Origin: Candidatus Amesbacteria bacterium RIFCSPLOWO2_01_FULL_49_25
Lineage (GTDB): Bacteria > Patescibacteriota > Microgenomatia > CAZETR01 > Amesbacteraceae
Direction of reading: 5' to 3'
Assembly (NCBI GenBank): GCA_001773725.1
Contig: MEXP01000020.1
Coordinates: 102,767 to 166,766 of the forward strand
DNA: 64,000 bases
The notes beneath the pieces were generated by a model that ran no database searches, was not told the DNA's origin, and worked only from the letters and a program-made list of their open reading frames with translations. A program made the position numbers and the translations under genes. Of the stretch, positions 49,989 to 59,645 are shown piece by piece. Positions within the stretch are counted from its first letter, which is position 1. Every line of letters begins with the position of its first letter.

Positions 49989-50858
49989 ATGAACAAAATC
50001 TTGATCGTCTGCGGCCCCACAGCCACCGGCAAAACCAAATTTGGAATCGAAATGGCCAGGCAGCTAAATGGCGAAATAGTTTCTGCGGATTCCCGCCAGG
50101 TCTACACCGGCAAAAATTTGATCCACGGCAAAGATATCCCCTATAAGCTAAAAGCTACAAGCTCACAGCTTAAATGGCGCGATCGGTTTTTAAAATACTA
50201 CGACGTAGACGGCATCAAAATCTGGCTCTACGATGTCGTCGATCCCGGCGATGAATTTAATGTAGCTTTTTGGAAAGAATGTGCCGATTTAATCATCAAA
50301 GATATTACCAGTCGGAATAAATTACCCATCGTTGTGGGCGGTTCAGGCCTTTACCTCGAGTCCCTCACCCGGAAATTAGATCAAATTAGCACCCCTCCCA
50401 ATAAACTACTTCGCCAAAAACTTGTTGGTAAATCGGTTAAATACCTCTTTAATTATTTAAACAAAATAGATTCTTTTCGCGCCGCCCAACTCAATATCTC
50501 CGACCGTTCAAATCCTCGCCGCCTCATCCGCGCCATTGAAATTTCCCAATCTTCCACAACCTACAACCCACAATCTACGACCTTCAACTTTTTACAAATC
50601 GGCCTCACCGCCCCACGGGATTTTCTTTATAAACTGGTCGATCAGCGAATCCTCGATCGACTAGCTTCTGGCGCAGCCCTTGAGGATCCCGATTTAACGG
50701 CAGATATTCCCGCATGGCAAAGTCGGGAACACTCAATTATCCGTCACCAGATCACCTGGTTCAAAAGACACCTTCCCGCCCACTGGATTGATATTTCCGA
50801 CTCCCAGTGGTACTCCACTGCCCAATTGCTGATTCTGAACTGGTATAATAAAAACTGA
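49989..50858 (+). CDS. miaA: tRNA dimethylallyltransferase
   Basis: GPTATGKT, SADSRQVY, VGGSGLY, RRLIRAIEI, QITWF. Confidence 0.92.
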   Translation: MNKILIVCGPTATGKTKFGIEMARQLNGEIVSADSRQVYTGKNLIHGKDIPYKLKATSSQLKWRDRFLKYYDVDGIKIWLYDVVDPGDEFNVAFWKECADLIIKDITSRNKLPIVVGGSGLYLESLTRKLDQISTPPNKLLRQKLVGKSVKYLFNYLNKIDSFRAAQLNISDRSNPRRLIRAIEISQSSTTYNPQSTTFNFLQIGLTAPRDFLYKLVDQRILDRLASGAALEDPDLTADIPAWQSREHSIIRHQITWFKRHLPAHWIDISDSQWYSTAQLLILNWYNKN

Positions 50859-50860
50859 AA

Positions 50861-51856
50861 ATGCCCAAGACCATAGAAATCTCCCATCGTACAGTCATCT
50901 TTACGGTCCTTCTCCTGATCTCCCTGTGGTTTTTGTATCAAATAACGGACATCATCCTGACCATCTTTGTCTCCGTTATCATTATGTCAGCCCTCAATCC
51001 CTTCATCGATTGGCTGGAGAGGAAAAGACTCCCTCGGGGACTGGCCATAGTGCTTGTATACTTTGTTCTCTGGGGGGTCATTGGATCTTTAATTGCCCTC
51101 ATCATCCCCGCCCTTGCTGATCAATCAGGTCGACTGCTCAGACTAATCCCCGCCTCGCTTTCCCAACTGGATTTTTTCAACACTCATCAGCAGGAAATCA
51201 CCCGCGAGATTCTGTCTCAACTAGGCGGTCTTCCTGGAAACGTCATCAAGTTCGCCGTCGGTCTCTTCAGCAACTTGTTAGGAGTGGTCACTACTCTGTT
51301 TATTAGTTTTTATCTTATTCTGGAGCGCAAGAAGTTGGATAGATATCTCACGTTTCTTTTGGGTCACACCAAACCAGATCAAGCCAAGCGGGTAATAAAT
51401 GAAATAGAAAGGCGTCTCGGAGGATGGGTCAGAGGCGAGTTACTCCTCATGCTGGCAGTCGGCGTTACCACTTATATCGGTCTGGTCGTTTTAGGGGTAG
51501 ACATTCCGGTTCCCTTGGCAGTCATTGCCGGTCTTTTGGAAATCATCCCCAACATCGGACCCACTATCTCTGCCGTTCCTGCCATTATGGTTGCTTTGAC
51601 TATAAACCCCCTTACCGCCTTAGCTACCCTAGCTTTATATATATTGGTCCAGCAAGCCGAAAACAATCTTCTCGTACCCAAGATCATGGAAAAAACAACC
51701 GGTGTCAATCCGTTAGTCAGCATTCTCGCCCTTATGATCGGCTTCAAAATCGCTGGGGCAACCGGCGCGGTTCTCTCTATCCCCATAGTTCTTGTGATCC
51801 AGATAATTGCTACCGAAGTCTACTCGTCTCACCACTTCGAAAACCTAACCCAATAG
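50861..51856 (+). CDS. AI-2E (UPF0118) family transporter
   Basis: ALNP..WLE, WVRGELL, EIIPNIGP, QQAENNLLVPKIM. Confidence 0.92.
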   Translation: MPKTIEISHRTVIFTVLLLISLWFLYQITDIILTIFVSVIIMSALNPFIDWLERKRLPRGLAIVLVYFVLWGVIGSLIALIIPALADQSGRLLRLIPASLSQLDFFNTHQQEITREILSQLGGLPGNVIKFAVGLFSNLLGVVTTLFISFYLILERKKLDRYLTFLLGHTKPDQAKRVINEIERRLGGWVRGELLLMLAVGVTTYIGLVVLGVDIPVPLAVIAGLLEIIPNIGPTISAVPAIMVALTINPLTALATLALYILVQQAENNLLVPKIMEKTTGVNPLVSILALMIGFKIAGATGAVLSIPIVLVIQIIATEVYSSHHFENLTQ

Positions 51857-51860
51857 AAAT

Positions 51861-52152
51861 TACCTGGAAACGAGTAAGCCAGATTCTGTTTTAGCGGCAT
51901 CTATCTTTGCTCTCAAGCTTTCAAGTATCGGGGAAAGCGTCCCACTTGGGTCGGAGATTGCAGCGGGGAGGATTGCCCGTTTCACCCGAGCTTTACCTCG
52001 GTTCGTCACTGTTGCTCTAGCCGGATCGTTAGATCCAGCCGCCTTGCAGCACTAGCGCTTGCGCGTACCGGCTTGCGCCGGTCACCCTGCCTTCTGCTGT
52101 CTGGACTTTCCTCTCCGGTGTAACACCGGAGTAGCCGCTCTGTTTCCAGGCA
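51861..52152 (-). ncRNA. rnpB: RNase P RNA (compact, about 290 nt)
   Basis: Minus strand has GAGGAAAGTCCAGAC and AACAGAATCTGGCTTA (P4 halves) and a terminal P1 helix CCTGGAAAC/GTTTCCAGG. Confidence 0.95.
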
Positions 52153-52155
52153 CAC

Positions 52156-52183
52156 TAAGTATACCACCCTAGTGGTATACTTA
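52156..52183. promoter_or_regulatory. Palindromic back-to-back extended -10 promoters
   Basis: TAAGTATACCAC-ccta-GTGGTATACTTA, giving TGGTATACT on each strand. Confidence 0.7.
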
Positions 52184-52188
52184 AAAAC

Positions 52189-52347
52189 ATGCTCTCTACC
52201 TTTCTTGCCGATCGTACAGCCTTCCAGGGCCTGGTCTCGCTTGTCTTTGGCGTTCTGGTTTTGATGTTCCCCAAAATCCTCAACTATCTCATCGCCTTTT
52301 ATTTCATCATCACCGGCGTATCTCAGATGCTTCCCTTCTTGCGCTGA
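52189..52347 (+). CDS. Small membrane protein (DUF3096-like), 52 aa
   Basis: Manual translation MLSTFLADRTAFQGLVSLVFGVLVLMFPKILNYLIAFYFIITGVSQMLPFLR; not in the ORF track. Confidence 0.8.
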   Translation: MLSTFLADRTAFQGLVSLVFGVLVLMFPKILNYLIAFYFIITGVSQMLPFLR

Positions 52348-52907
52348 TGCCTTATTTACTGGATAAGTCTCCCATCGAATTTCGCTCCCGCCCTTTATTA
52401 TTTATTGATCTGGAGTTTACCGGCCTGGATCCCCAAAAGCACGAAATCATTGAAATTGCCGCCTTGCTCGTCACTCAACCGGACTTCAACATCGCCAATT
52501 CTTTTTATACCAAGATTATTCCTCAACATCTGGAGTCGGCCGACCCTCGGGCCATGAAAAAAAATTTCTATGACCCCAAATCCTGGTCCGACGCCATTTC
52601 CCTGCGCCAGGCTATGCAGGAACTATCTCAATTTGCCCCCGACTGTCTTCTCGCCGGATGGGCCGTTCAAAACGAATGGGATTTTTTAAATGTCGCTCTT
52701 GAAAAGGAAAACCTGCCTTACTTTTATCACCACCATTTAATTGAAGTCAGCACTCTGGCTTTCGTCAAATTATATCCGGACTCCCAAGTTAAATACCTAA
52801 ATCTCAACCGGGTGTGTAAAAAATTAAATATCCCCCTCGATCATCACAAACCCGACTCCGACATCCGCGCCACATATGATATTTTCAAACACCTTTCCGG
52901 GCTCTAA
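52347..52907 (+). CDS. DEDDh 3'-5' exonuclease (DnaQ-like)
   Basis: FIDLEFTGL, EIIEIA, H....D motif. Confidence 0.88.
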   Translation: MPYLLDKSPIEFRSRPLLFIDLEFTGLDPQKHEIIEIAALLVTQPDFNIANSFYTKIIPQHLESADPRAMKKNFYDPKSWSDAISLRQAMQELSQFAPDCLLAGWAVQNEWDFLNVALEKENLPYFYHHHLIEVSTLAFVKLYPDSQVKYLNLNRVCKKLNIPLDHHKPDSDIRATYDIFKHLSGL

Positions 52908-52910
52908 CCA

Positions 52911-52936
52911 AAAGCCCCGAGTGATTACGGGGCTTT
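52911..52936. terminator. Hairpin between convergent genes (bidirectional terminator)
   Basis: AAAGCCCCG/CGGGGCTTT stem. Confidence 0.7.
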
Positions 52937-52956
52937 AAGAAACAAAACCGGTCAGT

Positions 52957-53100
52957 TTACCCGCCGATTTTGTACATCCCCGTTCCGCACACCGGGCATT
53001 TTCCCTTCATAGCTTTCTTCCCGTTCTTCATTGTTACTGACTGGGCATTGGGATCTTCTCTTTTGGTGCGGCACTTTACGCAATAAAAAGTTGCCATCAT
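52957..53100 (-). CDS. Small zinc-ribbon protein (DUF5679-like)
   Basis: Manual translation (M)MATFYCVKCRTKREDPNAQSVTMKNGKKAMKGKCPVCGTGMYKIGG; strong GGGGGTGA SD; TTGACA-17-TATCCT promoter upstream. Confidence 0.88.
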   Translation of the reverse strand: MMATFYCVKCRTKREDPNAQSVTMKNGKKAMKGKCPVCGTGMYKIGG

Positions 53101-53326
53101 CCCTCACCCCCTCTCCAAACCAAAACTATTTAACAATTTCAATACATTGTCCCAGCCGCCGGATGTTAAGTAGTAATACATAAGTCCTTGCAAAAGCAAA
53201 GCCAGGATAGCCACGATTACTGTTTTTGTCAAGTCAATCCGTAGTTCCTGCCCCGTTCCTGTCTTGGTCATGACCAGACAATATCACACATTTGCCAATT
53301 CTTCCAAATATGATTAATATAGACTG

Positions 53327-54499
53327 ATGTCAAAAAGGCCCCTTCTCTATCTTCTCATCGGTCTCTCCCTCTTTTTTATATCAACAGGTCTAACTTATTA
53401 TATCCTTTCTTATAGCCCAAACTTACGTCCTTCATCCTCATCAACTTCAGCAACTCCTTCCCCGGTTGTAAAAAAACCGCGCATTGACCCATCTCTGCCT
53501 AGAACAGAGAGCTGTCCGTTAAATGGGGTGATGTATACCAAGACGGAAAAAGATATCTGGTCCACCCGTCGCCCCTTGGCGGTCATGATCGAAAACCATC
53601 TCGATTCCCGTCCCACCTCCGGCCTCTCCACCGCAGACGTCGTATACGAAGCGGTCGCCGAAGGGGGCATCACCCGCTACATGGGCATATTTTATTGCGG
53701 CATCACTCCCGATAGCACCATGTTTTCCCCTGTGCGATCGGCCCGTATTTACTTTGTCAAAATCGTCCCTGAATACGATGCCCTCTACAATCACGTTGGC
53801 GGTGCTGGGAATTGCGATGATCCCACGGTAGACGAACAGGCCAAGGCTCTGTGTTTTATCCGCAAGAACAAAATCCGGGACTTAGACCAGTTTGGTAGGG
53901 CGGGGGATTTTCGTACCTGCCATCGCGTTACCAACCGCCTGGATCATGAAGTAGCTTACGAGCACACCATGGCCTGTTACTCCGACGAACTCTACAAAGC
54001 CGCCGTCAAATACAAATGGACAAACGTCGACGAGAAGGGGATCCCCTGGGACAAAAATTTTGTCTCCTGGAAATTCAAGGAAGACAACTTGCAAAAAGGC
54101 ACCACTACCGAAATCAGCTTCGACTTCTGGGCATCAAAGAAAGAATATTCAGTTACTTGGAAATTTGACTCGGCACAAAATCAGTATTTACGTTTTATAG
54201 CAGGCCAAAAAGACATAGATCTGAACGAAAATATTCAGTTAACGGCCAAAAACGTGGTTATCCAGTTCGTCAAAGAAATCGGCCCTCTGGACGAACACCT
54301 GCACATGAACTATGAAGTCACAGGCACCGGCCGCGCGCTCATTTTTCAAGACGGCAAAGTTATCTCCGGTAAGTGGTCTAAAGCTACGCCTTTCGCTCGT
54401 ACCAAATTCTCCGACGAATCCGGAAAAGATGTTGAGCTTAACCGCGGTGTCACTTGGATAGAACTCGTTCCCTCTGGTAATCAAATTCAGTACAATTAG
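53327..54499 (+). CDS. DUF3048 (YerB-like) membrane-anchored protein
   Basis: RPLAVMIEN, GLS.AD.VYE..AEGGITR, PVRSAR, G.TWIE. Confidence 0.88.
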   Translation: MSKRPLLYLLIGLSLFFISTGLTYYILSYSPNLRPSSSSTSATPSPVVKKPRIDPSLPRTESCPLNGVMYTKTEKDIWSTRRPLAVMIENHLDSRPTSGLSTADVVYEAVAEGGITRYMGIFYCGITPDSTMFSPVRSARIYFVKIVPEYDALYNHVGGAGNCDDPTVDEQAKALCFIRKNKIRDLDQFGRAGDFRTCHRVTNRLDHEVAYEHTMACYSDELYKAAVKYKWTNVDEKGIPWDKNFVSWKFKEDNLQKGTTTEISFDFWASKKEYSVTWKFDSAQNQYLRFIAGQKDIDLNENIQLTAKNVVIQFVKEIGPLDEHLHMNYEVTGTGRALIFQDGKVISGKWSKATPFARTKFSDESGKDVELNRGVTWIELVPSGNQIQYN

Positions 54500-54529
54500 T
54501 ACTCGAAGACATATCGTCCTCAATTCTTC

Positions 54530-54551
54530 TCATCCTGAGCCTGTCGAAGGA
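54530..54551 (+). repeat. Solo arm of a REP-like element (TCATCCTGAGCCTGTCGAAGGA)
   Basis: Matches, from recall, the CCTGAGCyTGTCGAAGG dispersed repeat; no partner arm nearby. Confidence 0.5.
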
Positions 54552-54586
54552 CTTGCATTTTGCCATACTTCTGATATCTTCAAGTT

Positions 54587-55165
54587 ATGTTGAAAGACCT
54601 TTTTATCTCCAAAACCCGTGTCAAGCTCCTGGAAACATTTTTGTCCGATCCTTCCCAGATGTACCACGTTCGTGACTTAGTCCGCAGAACCGGAGATGAA
54701 ATAAACGCCGTCCGCCGAGAACTGGCCCGCATGGAAACCGTCGGCATGGTCAAAAAAGAGCCCCGGGCCAACCGTCTCTACTATTGGTTCCGCCACGACT
54801 ATATTTATTATCGGGATCTTTTGAGTTTAGTGGCCAAAACCACAGGCATTGGCGCCGCCATTATCAAAAATCGGCACAAGTTGGGTAGTGTCAGCTTATG
54901 CGTCTTAAGTAGCCGCTTTGTTCGTCATATACCAAGAAAAGACCCGGACGAGGTGGACTTTCTCATCGTTGGCGATATCGTCATGTCTGAGCTCTCAAGC
55001 TTGATAAAGGTCGAAGAAACTCGGCGCGGTCAAGCCATCAATTACACTCCCATGACCGACGAAGAACTCAAATTCCGCCGTTCCCGCCGTGACCCCTTTT
55101 TGCAGGATGTTCTCAGCCACGGTCGATTTATGATCGCAGGCGACGAGGAAGATCTGGTGAGTTAA
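54587..55165 (+). CDS. Winged-HTH protein with a degenerate minimal nucleotidyltransferase-like C-domain
   Basis: LF.SKTRVKLL..F, HVRDLVR...INAVRREL, then VDFLIVGD and INYT.M. Confidence 0.7.
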   Translation: MLKDLFISKTRVKLLETFLSDPSQMYHVRDLVRRTGDEINAVRRELARMETVGMVKKEPRANRLYYWFRHDYIYYRDLLSLVAKTTGIGAAIIKNRHKLGSVSLCVLSSRFVRHIPRKDPDEVDFLIVGDIVMSELSSLIKVEETRRGQAINYTPMTDEELKFRRSRRDPFLQDVLSHGRFMIAGDEEDLVS

Positions 55166-55174
55166 AATTGTTAC

Positions 55175-55354
55175 ATGTACCACAAAATAATTCTAACCGG
55201 CAATAGCCTTGCCGTTACCATTCCCTCCAAAGTAGTTAGATCTTTAGGATTACGCCGCGGCCAGCAAGTCTCCGTGTCCATCAACTTACAAAAAGCCACC
55301 CTCATCTACACTTTCACCGGCGTTGGACAAATGTCCCTTCTTCCTAAAAAATAG
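55175..55354 (+). CDS. AbrB/MazE/SpoVT-like DNA-binding protein, 59 aa
   Basis: Manual translation MYHKIILTGNSLAVTIPSKVVRSLGLRRGQQVSVSINLQKATLIYTFTGVGQMSLLPKK. Confidence 0.82.
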   Translation: MYHKIILTGNSLAVTIPSKVVRSLGLRRGQQVSVSINLQKATLIYTFTGVGQMSLLPKK

Positions 55355-55358
55355 ATCC

Positions 55359-56645
55359 ATGCGTCAAACAATCTTTTTTGCCACCCTGATTTTTATCTGT
55401 GTTCTGGTCCTCATGCCTTCCCAGATAAAAATCGGCTCAACAATTCTTTATCGCCCGGCTGCGAACTTTTCCGTGCTCAATCTTTCAATTCAAAGGGATT
55501 TGGAATTTCATCTTGGATTGGATTTGCAGGGCGGTACTCATCTGGTTTACGAAGCCGACACCTCCAAAGTGGATTCGGCCGATAGAGATAGCGCCATCAA
55601 GGCTACCGCAGACAATCTCGAGCGTCGCATCAATTTATTGGGAGTATCGGAATCTCTGGTTCAAACGTCCCAGGTCGGGGCAGTTTCTCGCCTGATAGTC
55701 GAGCTTCCCGGAGTCAAAGATATCAATCAGGCCATAAATACTCTCGGCGCCACGGCTCAGTTGGAATTTCGCGAAACCAAGTCGGCCACTCCTTCTGCCG
55801 AATCGGATTTTATCCCCACCAATCTCACCGGGGCCGACCTCAAAATCGCCCAAGTCCAGTTTGGCGGCTCTTCTTCCCAAATCTCCGGTCAACCGGCAGT
55901 AGCTATTCAATTTACACCCGACGGGGCCAAAAAGTTTTCCGAAATTACCTCTAGAAATATTGGCCGGCCCCTAGCCATCTTCTTGGATAATAATCTGGTT
56001 TCCGCCCCCATTGTCCAGCAGGAAATCTCAGCCGGCCAAGCAATCATTTCTGGCAGCTTTACCGTCGATTCAGCCAAAAATCTGGCTATCCAGCTCAACG
56101 CCGGCGCCCTGCCGCTTCCCATAAAAATAGTCGAGCAAAAAAATATCGGGGCCACTCTCGGTCAAGAATCAATTCTCAAGAGTCTAATCGCCGGCATCAT
56201 TGGCCTGATTTTGATTTGGTTGTTCATGATCGCCAATTATGGTTTCAAGGGGCTACTGGCCAACTTTGCCCTGCTTATTTATATTCTCATATCCTTGTCT
56301 CTATTCAAACTCGTCCCCGTCACTCTCACTCTGGCTGGAATCGCCGGATTTATCCTTTCAATTGGTATGGCAGTAGATGCCAACATTCTCATTTTCGAGC
56401 GCATGAAAGAGGAACTGCGTTGGGGGCGACCGGTTCATGCAGCCATGGAGCTTGGCTTTCATCGGGCATGGAATTCCATCCGAGACAGCAATGTCAGTTC
56501 TCTCCTCACTGCCTCAATATTGTTCTGGTTCGGTTCAGGGCCAATTCGCGGCTTCGCCGTTACCCTAATACTGGGCATCCTGGTTTCCCTCTTCACGTCG
56601 ATTACTGTTACCAGAAGGCTGCTGCGACTATTTTTCTCACACTAA
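55359..56645 (+). CDS. secD: Protein translocase subunit SecD
   Basis: LGLDLQGG, RINLLGVSE, LNAGALP, IGMAVDANILIFER; start ATG 55359. Confidence 0.97.
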   Translation: MRQTIFFATLIFICVLVLMPSQIKIGSTILYRPAANFSVLNLSIQRDLEFHLGLDLQGGTHLVYEADTSKVDSADRDSAIKATADNLERRINLLGVSESLVQTSQVGAVSRLIVELPGVKDINQAINTLGATAQLEFRETKSATPSAESDFIPTNLTGADLKIAQVQFGGSSSQISGQPAVAIQFTPDGAKKFSEITSRNIGRPLAIFLDNNLVSAPIVQQEISAGQAIISGSFTVDSAKNLAIQLNAGALPLPIKIVEQKNIGATLGQESILKSLIAGIIGLILIWLFMIANYGFKGLLANFALLIYILISLSLFKLVPVTLTLAGIAGFILSIGMAVDANILIFERMKEELRWGRPVHAAMELGFHRAWNSIRDSNVSSLLTASILFWFGSGPIRGFAVTLILGILVSLFTSITVTRRLLRLFFSH

Positions 56646-56651
56646 GTAACC

Positions 56652-57548
56652 ATGAACGATCAACCAAGTAACCACTTCAGCTTCATGAAATATAAATGGC
56701 TTTATTTCGTTATTTCCCTCTTAGTGCTTCTCCCCGGGATCTACTCGCTCATTCGTTACGGCTTGCGCTTATCTATCGACTTTACCGGCGGCAGCCTTCT
56801 GGAAATTCAGGCTAGTTCCTCAGCCAGTTTTGCCAGTACAGCCAAAGATCAAAATTTAGAACTGTATTCGGTCCAGTCCACAGGGGACCAGACTTATCTT
56901 TTGCGGCTTCCCCCATTGACTCAGGACCAAAACGATAACTTCAAAAAAGCTCTAGGAGACGCTGCCGAAAAACGTTTCGAAACTGTCGGTCCCACTATTG
57001 GCAAAGAACTTACCCGAAAAGCCTTTCTTTCCATAATTCTCGCTTCATTATTTATTATTATTTATATTGCCTGGTCATTCAAAAAAATCCCCCCGCCCTA
57101 TTCTCCCTGGAAGTTTGGCATCTCGGCAGTACTCGCCCTCATCCACGACGCCTTCGTGGTCTTGGGAATTTTTTCTCTCTTTGGTCATTTTTATCATGTA
57201 GAAATCGATTCCCTTTTTGTCACCGCCATTTTAACAGTAATCGGCTTTTCCGTCCACGACACTATTGTGGTATTTGATCGCATTCGCGAAAACCTGCCCA
57301 AAATGCCCAAATCTTCCTTCGAAGAAATTGTCGACTTTTCTCTTACCGAAACTCTCGTCCGGTCTTTAAATACTTCTCTTACTGTTACCCTCACCCTTAC
57401 ATCGCTCCTGTTGTTTGGGGGTGAACCGATTCGCTGGTTTGTGGTCGCCCTCCTCATCGGCGTCGTCTCTGGCACCTACTCGTCTATCTTCAACGCAGCG
57501 CCATTACTAGTCGTTTGGGAAAAAAACCGTGAACCCAAAAGAAAATAA
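56652..57548 (+). CDS. secF: Protein translocase subunit SecF
   Basis: IDFTGG, VGPTIG, GFSVHDTIVVFDRIRE, GTYSSIF. Confidence 0.97.
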   Translation: MNDQPSNHFSFMKYKWLYFVISLLVLLPGIYSLIRYGLRLSIDFTGGSLLEIQASSSASFASTAKDQNLELYSVQSTGDQTYLLRLPPLTQDQNDNFKKALGDAAEKRFETVGPTIGKELTRKAFLSIILASLFIIIYIAWSFKKIPPPYSPWKFGISAVLALIHDAFVVLGIFSLFGHFYHVEIDSLFVTAILTVIGFSVHDTIVVFDRIRENLPKMPKSSFEEIVDFSLTETLVRSLNTSLTVTLTLTSLLLFGGEPIRWFVVALLIGVVSGTYSSIFNAAPLLVVWEKNREPKRK

Positions 57549-57730
57549 ATTCTATTGGCAGATAAACGTTTTCAGAAATTCGCGCCCGGTTGAGACAGAA
57601 ACTTACTCTCTCCATCTCATAACTGATCTTCACACTGGCCGCAGGTCAATTCTCGCCATCCCTTTGTCATACACAGCCGCCCGTAACCGGCAAAGCTATT
57701 TAAACTCTTTACCCCAAACTCAGGCCGTTA

Positions 57731-58285
57731 TTACGGCATTGTATACACATACACCCTCTTTCCCATAACCTCCTTTCTCAAGATCAACTTATCTTTCCAT
57801 CTCTTAATCTCAAACGCTCGGGAAATTACTGTCATCCCCCTTTTCCCTTCCCGTTCGAGTTTCAACCCCAGCCTTTCCATGCTCCTCGGCACCAAATAAC
57901 AAAAAACACAATCCGCCAGGCTGATATCGGCCTTCCAAAAATCTTCTCGTTTAAATTCGGCTTTCTTAAGCTTGTTCTCGCGGGCTTTCCATCTCGACCA
58001 CCACACCAGCCAAGGGTGGATTTCATATCCTACCGATCGGCAGCCGAATTTTTTTGCCGCCCACAATACAATCCTTCCATCACCACTGCCCAAATCGACA
58101 AACGTATCTTGGGGCTTCAAAATTATTCCGGCAAACATACTTTCGAGTAATCTTTTATCCGTCGCTACAAATGGCGCCCCCCGCATCTCTCCTACTATCA
58201 AAAATATCACTCCCGTTCCCACCCCCGCGGCCACCCCCAAAAATATAAGCAGCACTCCCAGCTCAATCACCGTCAATTTCCTCAA
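57731..58285 (-). CDS. Membrane-anchored class I SAM methyltransferase (FAM173-like)
   Basis: N-terminal TM, GAPFVAT, DLGSGDGR, GYEI.P, FCYL. Confidence 0.85.
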   Translation of the reverse strand: MRKLTVIELGVLLIFLGVAAGVGTGVIFLIVGEMRGAPFVATDKRLLESMFAGIILKPQDTFVDLGSGDGRIVLWAAKKFGCRSVGYEIHPWLVWWSRWKARENKLKKAEFKREDFWKADISLADCVFCYLVPRSMERLGLKLEREGKRGMTVISRAFEIKRWKDKLILRKEVMGKRVYVYTMP

Positions 58286-59624
58286 GCCGCGCCAGTAATA
58301 CCTCTCTCTCGTTAATCAGTTTTTTCTCTACTACCTCCTCAAACACCATTTGCAAACATTTACCCACCACCGGCCCCGGCGACACTTTTTTAACCCTTAT
58401 CACATCATGACCGTCAATTTTCAAATCGGGTATAGAAAAAGGCTGTTGCTGGACTAGTGTGATTCTTTTTTTGAATTCTTCCGTTCGCCAACTGGTCATT
58501 TTGGCCCCACTCCCCAATCGATCGGCGGTTCTCAGAGCTAGCATCTCGTCGATATTGTCTTTTCCTACGTTTACGATAAATCTTCTCACTGCCGCGTCAG
58601 TCTGGAACTCATTCACCGTAAATTGATGCCATCTCACCAGCCTCACCAGCAAGTCTTTCTGTTCATTAGAAAATCTCAGTCTGTCGGCGATTGTTCTAGC
58701 AATTTTAGCCGACTCCATTTCGTGGTTATAAAAAGTTATTCGCCCGTCTGGAAATATTTTTTGAGTTCTCACTTTACCCGCATCGTGAATTAGTGTTGCC
58801 AATCTGGTTATCGGATTCGGACTCTGGCAGTTACGCAGACTCTCCACACTGTGCGTTCCCACGTCATAGGTATGATGTCTTCCGGGACTTTTTTGCTCAA
58901 CCCCGAAAGCTTGCTCCACTTCAGGCAGTATCACAGCTCCCAGGCCGCAGTTACGAAGTACCAGATACCCGTCCGCCGGATAATCACTGGCCATAATCTT
59001 AAGTAACTCATCTCGTATTCTTTCCCACGCAATATGCTGAATCTGACTTGCCTTTGCCTTTATTGCCTTCAACGTAGTTTCTTCAATTGAAAATTGAAGT
59101 TGGGCCGCCAATCTCACCGCCCTCATCATTCTCAAAGCATCTTCCTCAAATCTTTCTTCCGGGTTGCCTACAGCCCGGATCAATTTATTCTTCAAATCTT
59201 CCAACCCGCCATGTAAATCAATAACCTCAAACGACTGGTCTCCCAATCTCTTTAAAGCTAGGGAGTTAACCGTGAAATCCCTTCTTTTCAAATCTTCTTC
59301 CAGCGTTTTTCCCCACGTCACCTTATCCGGATGTCTGCTGTCGCTATATCCATGCTCAGTTCTAAAAGTCGTAATCTCATAAGATCTTCCATCGGGGTTC
59401 TTTACTCCCACTGTCCCGTATTTATTATCATAAAAAGCCTCATCGCCGAATAATTTTAATATTTCATCAGGAACTGCGTTCGTTGAAAAATCCCAGTCAT
59501 AAAGATCTTTTTTAAGCAAAACGTCTCTTACTAAGCCGCCCACAATATATATCTCATGTCCCGCCTTCTCAAATTTATTCAGAATTTCGGATACCTGCTC
59601 GGGAACATTGAGGGATATATTCAT
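58263..59624 (-). CDS. cca: CCA-adding tRNA nucleotidyltransferase with HD domain
   Basis: VGGLVRD, DWDF, EITTFR, EDLKRRDFTVN, RFEEDALRMMR, ERIRDEL, HDAGK; start moved to ATG 59624. Confidence 0.93.
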   Translation of the reverse strand: MNISLNVPEQVSEILNKFEKAGHEIYIVGGLVRDVLLKKDLYDWDFSTNAVPDEILKLFGDEAFYDNKYGTVGVKNPDGRSYEITTFRTEHGYSDSRHPDKVTWGKTLEEDLKRRDFTVNSLALKRLGDQSFEVIDLHGGLEDLKNKLIRAVGNPEERFEEDALRMMRAVRLAAQLQFSIEETTLKAIKAKASQIQHIAWERIRDELLKIMASDYPADGYLVLRNCGLGAVILPEVEQAFGVEQKSPGRHHTYDVGTHSVESLRNCQSPNPITRLATLIHDAGKVRTQKIFPDGRITFYNHEMESAKIARTIADRLRFSNEQKDLLVRLVRWHQFTVNEFQTDAAVRRFIVNVGKDNIDEMLALRTADRLGSGAKMTSWRTEEFKKRITLVQQQPFSIPDLKIDGHDVIRVKKVSPGPVVGKCLQMVFEEVVEKKLINEREVLLARLEEIDGD

Positions 59625-59645
59625 AGGAACTGTTAGAATCTTACC

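Noticed and set aside
54587-55354. Complete toxin-antitoxin system
   Set aside because: No toxin gene is adjacent.
57529-57768. 79-aa + strand ORF after secF
   Set aside because: It overlaps both neighbours and has no recognisable motif. It may be real but cannot be supported.
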